DNA of 63,668 nucleotides, the filler included, from Globobulimina sp. (taxonomy: Eukaryota): the NCBI GenBank assembly GCA_003354225.1. It is 54 parts of 54 records of this genome, joined end to end, with 100 filler letters (N's around TTAATTAATTAA, not from the genome) between each part and the next. Parts side by side here need not be neighbours in the genome. Positions count along the whole stretch, not along the records: positions 61,407 to 62,487 come from PIVH01024054.1; positions 62,588 to 63,668 come from PIVH01024055.1; 52 more parts are not named here. The stretch is one strand, 5' to 3'. A program made the position numbers and the translations under genes. Shown here piece by piece: positions 61,481 to 63,668 of this stretch (within the stretch, counting starts at the first letter, position 1; every line of letters starts with the position of its first letter). The notes under the pieces were generated by a model that saw nothing but the letters and a program-made list of their open reading frames with translations, did no database searches and was not told the DNA's origin.

Positions 61481-61539
61481 TGTGATGATGGGATTTGAAC
61501 CCAAAGCTTCTTTAATAAGATGCTCTCATTATCATCACA
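61481..61539 (-). ncRNA. tRNA-like element lacking a D-arm (possible tRNA-derived SINE or pseudo-tRNA)
   Basis: Ends pair (TGTGATG/CATCACA); T-arm TGGG-TTCAAAT-CCCA (B-box); internal hairpin; followed by TTTTT. Confidence 0.35.
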
Positions 61540-62716
61540 ATACATTTTGCGTCATTAATATATGCGGGATAACCTCCTCCTCCTTTATAACCTCCTCCAC
61601 CGCCTCCATCTACACATCCTCCACCTACACATCCGCCACATCCGCCACATCTGCAGTACTGTTTTTCACTTAACCCAAACACATCATGTGGCCTCGTTTC
61701 GGCAGATTCCAATTGCCACAATCATTGCAATACAAGCAATGAATATTATGACATTTATCATGGTACTATGACATGGATATTTATCACATCGCGTTATATG
61801 TTTCATGGATATTATGACATTTATCACATGCATGTAAATATGATTTTTTTCTGTTTTTTTTGTGGGTGTATTTGGCATTATCCATAAATAAACTACCTAA
61901 TCCGTGTAATTTTGTGTATACCATAATTTCAAATAACCTATAATGTAGCGCAGTATACATACAAAGAGTTTAACTTATTATCATTATGACATTAACGTGC
62001 ATTAGGCCTCTCCGATAATGCTGAAAAATTTTTTCTGTTTAAAAAGTTTTTCCATTTTATTCAGCAAAGTAATCAAACAGTCGGCATTCGTTATGCCAGT
62101 GTCTCAGTGTAATTAGTATTTTACCCATATTCAGTAATATCGAGACTGGGTAACGTGTTTCCAAAAACAAAGTTTTTCACGTCAATATTGAGAAATGGGA
62201 ATTTCAGAAATATTGATTTGTTTCATGGGACATAAAATATAACAAAACACAAAACAAAACAAAACAGATAATATAGATTCTTAATGCAATAAATCCATAA
62301 TATAACATTAAAATACCATCGAAAGACGAAACGAGGATGACATTAACTTAAAGTCCAAAACAGTTTTTGGCCTCAAACATCAAAAACAATGGATGCTTTG
62401 CCGAGCAAAGCGAGTAATCTATGGATATGGATTATTTATTATGGTATCTATGGCGGCGACGCAGTCGCCTCATCTATTTGGATATTANNNNNNNNNNNNN
62501 NNNNNNNNNNNNNNNNNNNNNNNNNNNNNNNTTAATTAATTAANNNNNNNNNNNNNNNNNNNNNNNNNNNNNNNNNNNNNNNNNNNNTTGCAAATTTGCG
62601 GATTTTAAAATGTGTTTCAAACATGTCCTGTTCTAAAGTAAGCCATTAATTTTTGTTCATGGATTTTATGAAAACACTTGTGTCCATGAAAACACTTTTT
62701 TTTTTTTAATCTTAAA

Positions 62717-63668
62717 TTAAATTGAAAAAAAATCAAACATATAACATGACTTTTTCCCTTTACCCAATTCATTATTTTTCGCTCTCAATTCATTGATTGC
62801 ATGTGATTTCTTCTTCAAATGTATTTTTTGTTCTTGACATTTCTTTTCAACGGTTTCCAATTTTAGCAATACATTTTCATATTCATCTTTTTGTTGCGTT
62901 ATAATCGTTTGCAAATCATGGTTTCCACACATTTCACACTCTAATAATGCACTACTCAAAGTACTTTGCGATCGTTGTCTAAAAAAATGAAGAGCCTCAT
63001 AGCTGCCAAATGAATCGATATCCGGAGTATTGATCATATTTTTTGTAATTGGTGTATTTGGTGCAAATGGTATTTTTGTAATGGATTTCCGGGCGGCATT
63101 AAGCTGTGGCATATATGGCATTGTTTGCTGTGTTTTCTCCTCGTCGATGGCGATGGCATTTGGTACCATTTTAAATGAATTTAATTGAGATTCCAGTGTT
63201 TGAACAGCATGTTGTAACTGAAGAATTATTTCATTTTGTTCAGACTCGATTTGTTTACAATTTGCAATCTGTTGTTGATTCATTTCGTTGCTAATTTCTT
63301 GTTGAGATGATTCCAATCGATATACTTCAACTTCTTGCGTTAATTCGTTACGTTGGTTTTCGAAGCGCTTTGTGTGTTGTTTAAATTTGTCAATATCAGC
63401 ATTTAAATGCGTGTTTGCATTGTTCATTGCATTCAGACAATCTTTTAATTCATGGTAACATTTTAAATGATATGTTAGTAATTGGTTGTGTTCTGCCAAT
63501 GAGTTATTCTCAATTTTTAATTCATCGTTTGTCTGTTTCAAGTCATATATCACTGATTTATGAATTTGTATTTCTTCTTTAGAAAGTATTAATTGACTTT
63601 TTAATGAATCACATTCTGTCTTTAAATCAACTAATTCTAAAGATAACATGTTTCAGCATGCACACAAA
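62717..63668 (-). CDS. Coiled-coil protein (5' partial)
   Basis: At least 310 aa open frame, heptad-rich; N-terminal part matches 5594-5815. Confidence 0.55.

Noticed and set aside
61512-61721. Gly/Cys-rich antimicrobial-like peptide
   Set aside because: No ATG in frame; the Gly run derives from a low-complexity repeat also seen at 24850-25050
62395-62468. Two small GC triloop hairpins (GCTTTGC-CGA-GCAAAGC, GGCGAC-GCA-GTCGCC)
   Set aside because: Real but too short and at a contig end; cannot be assigned to an element
1084-62587. TTAATTAATTAA recurring every ~1,182 bp as a biological repeat or array
   Set aside because: Always embedded in fixed-length N runs; a synthetic six-frame-stop linker

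Overview
This window is not contiguous genome. It is about 54 unrelated short contigs (nearly all 1,081-1,083 bp, apparently length-sorted; one is 1,012 bp) joined by an artificial 100-nt spacer (~44 N + TTAATTAATTAA + ~44 N). No gene-neighbourhood inference is valid across spacers, and ORF tails reading X...LIN are artefacts. Most contigs are AT-rich eukaryotic DNA with short GT-AG introns (49-93 nt) and the standard code. They carry fragments of housekeeping genes: FKBP-type TPR, SMC1, IMPDH, CSN4, purple acid phosphatase, APH-1, NAPRT, cyclin, beta-adaptin, CDC20/CDH1, PKG, a tRNA-binding domain, RCC1 repeats and alpha-carbonic anhydrase. They also carry expanded families (SPRY, FG-GAP, Cys-rich surface proteins, an ART), many of them pseudogenised. 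The style suggests a rhizarian protist, plausibly a foraminifer (inference only). A few contigs hold prokaryote-like pieces (SF4/DnaB helicase, CE15-like esterase, TMTC-like glycosyltransferase with REP-like hairpins) fused to AT-rich DNA, consistent with whole-genome-amplification chimeras or associated bacteria. Mobile DNA includes a CCHC Gag, a Sola-like transposase and MITE-like inverted repeats. Best leads: (1) a prokaryote/phage-type LAGLIDADG endonuclease with an apparent mitochondrial presequence; (2) an apparently circularly permuted, possibly secreted inositol-5-phosphatase-like gene; (3) a Rab-like GTPase with an inserted module shared with a SPRY protein; (4) an ART with a non-canonical first motif; (5) a pseudo-DEAD-box protein; (6) a D-armless tRNA-like element. 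All family calls come from motifs recognised by eye; no database searches were run.
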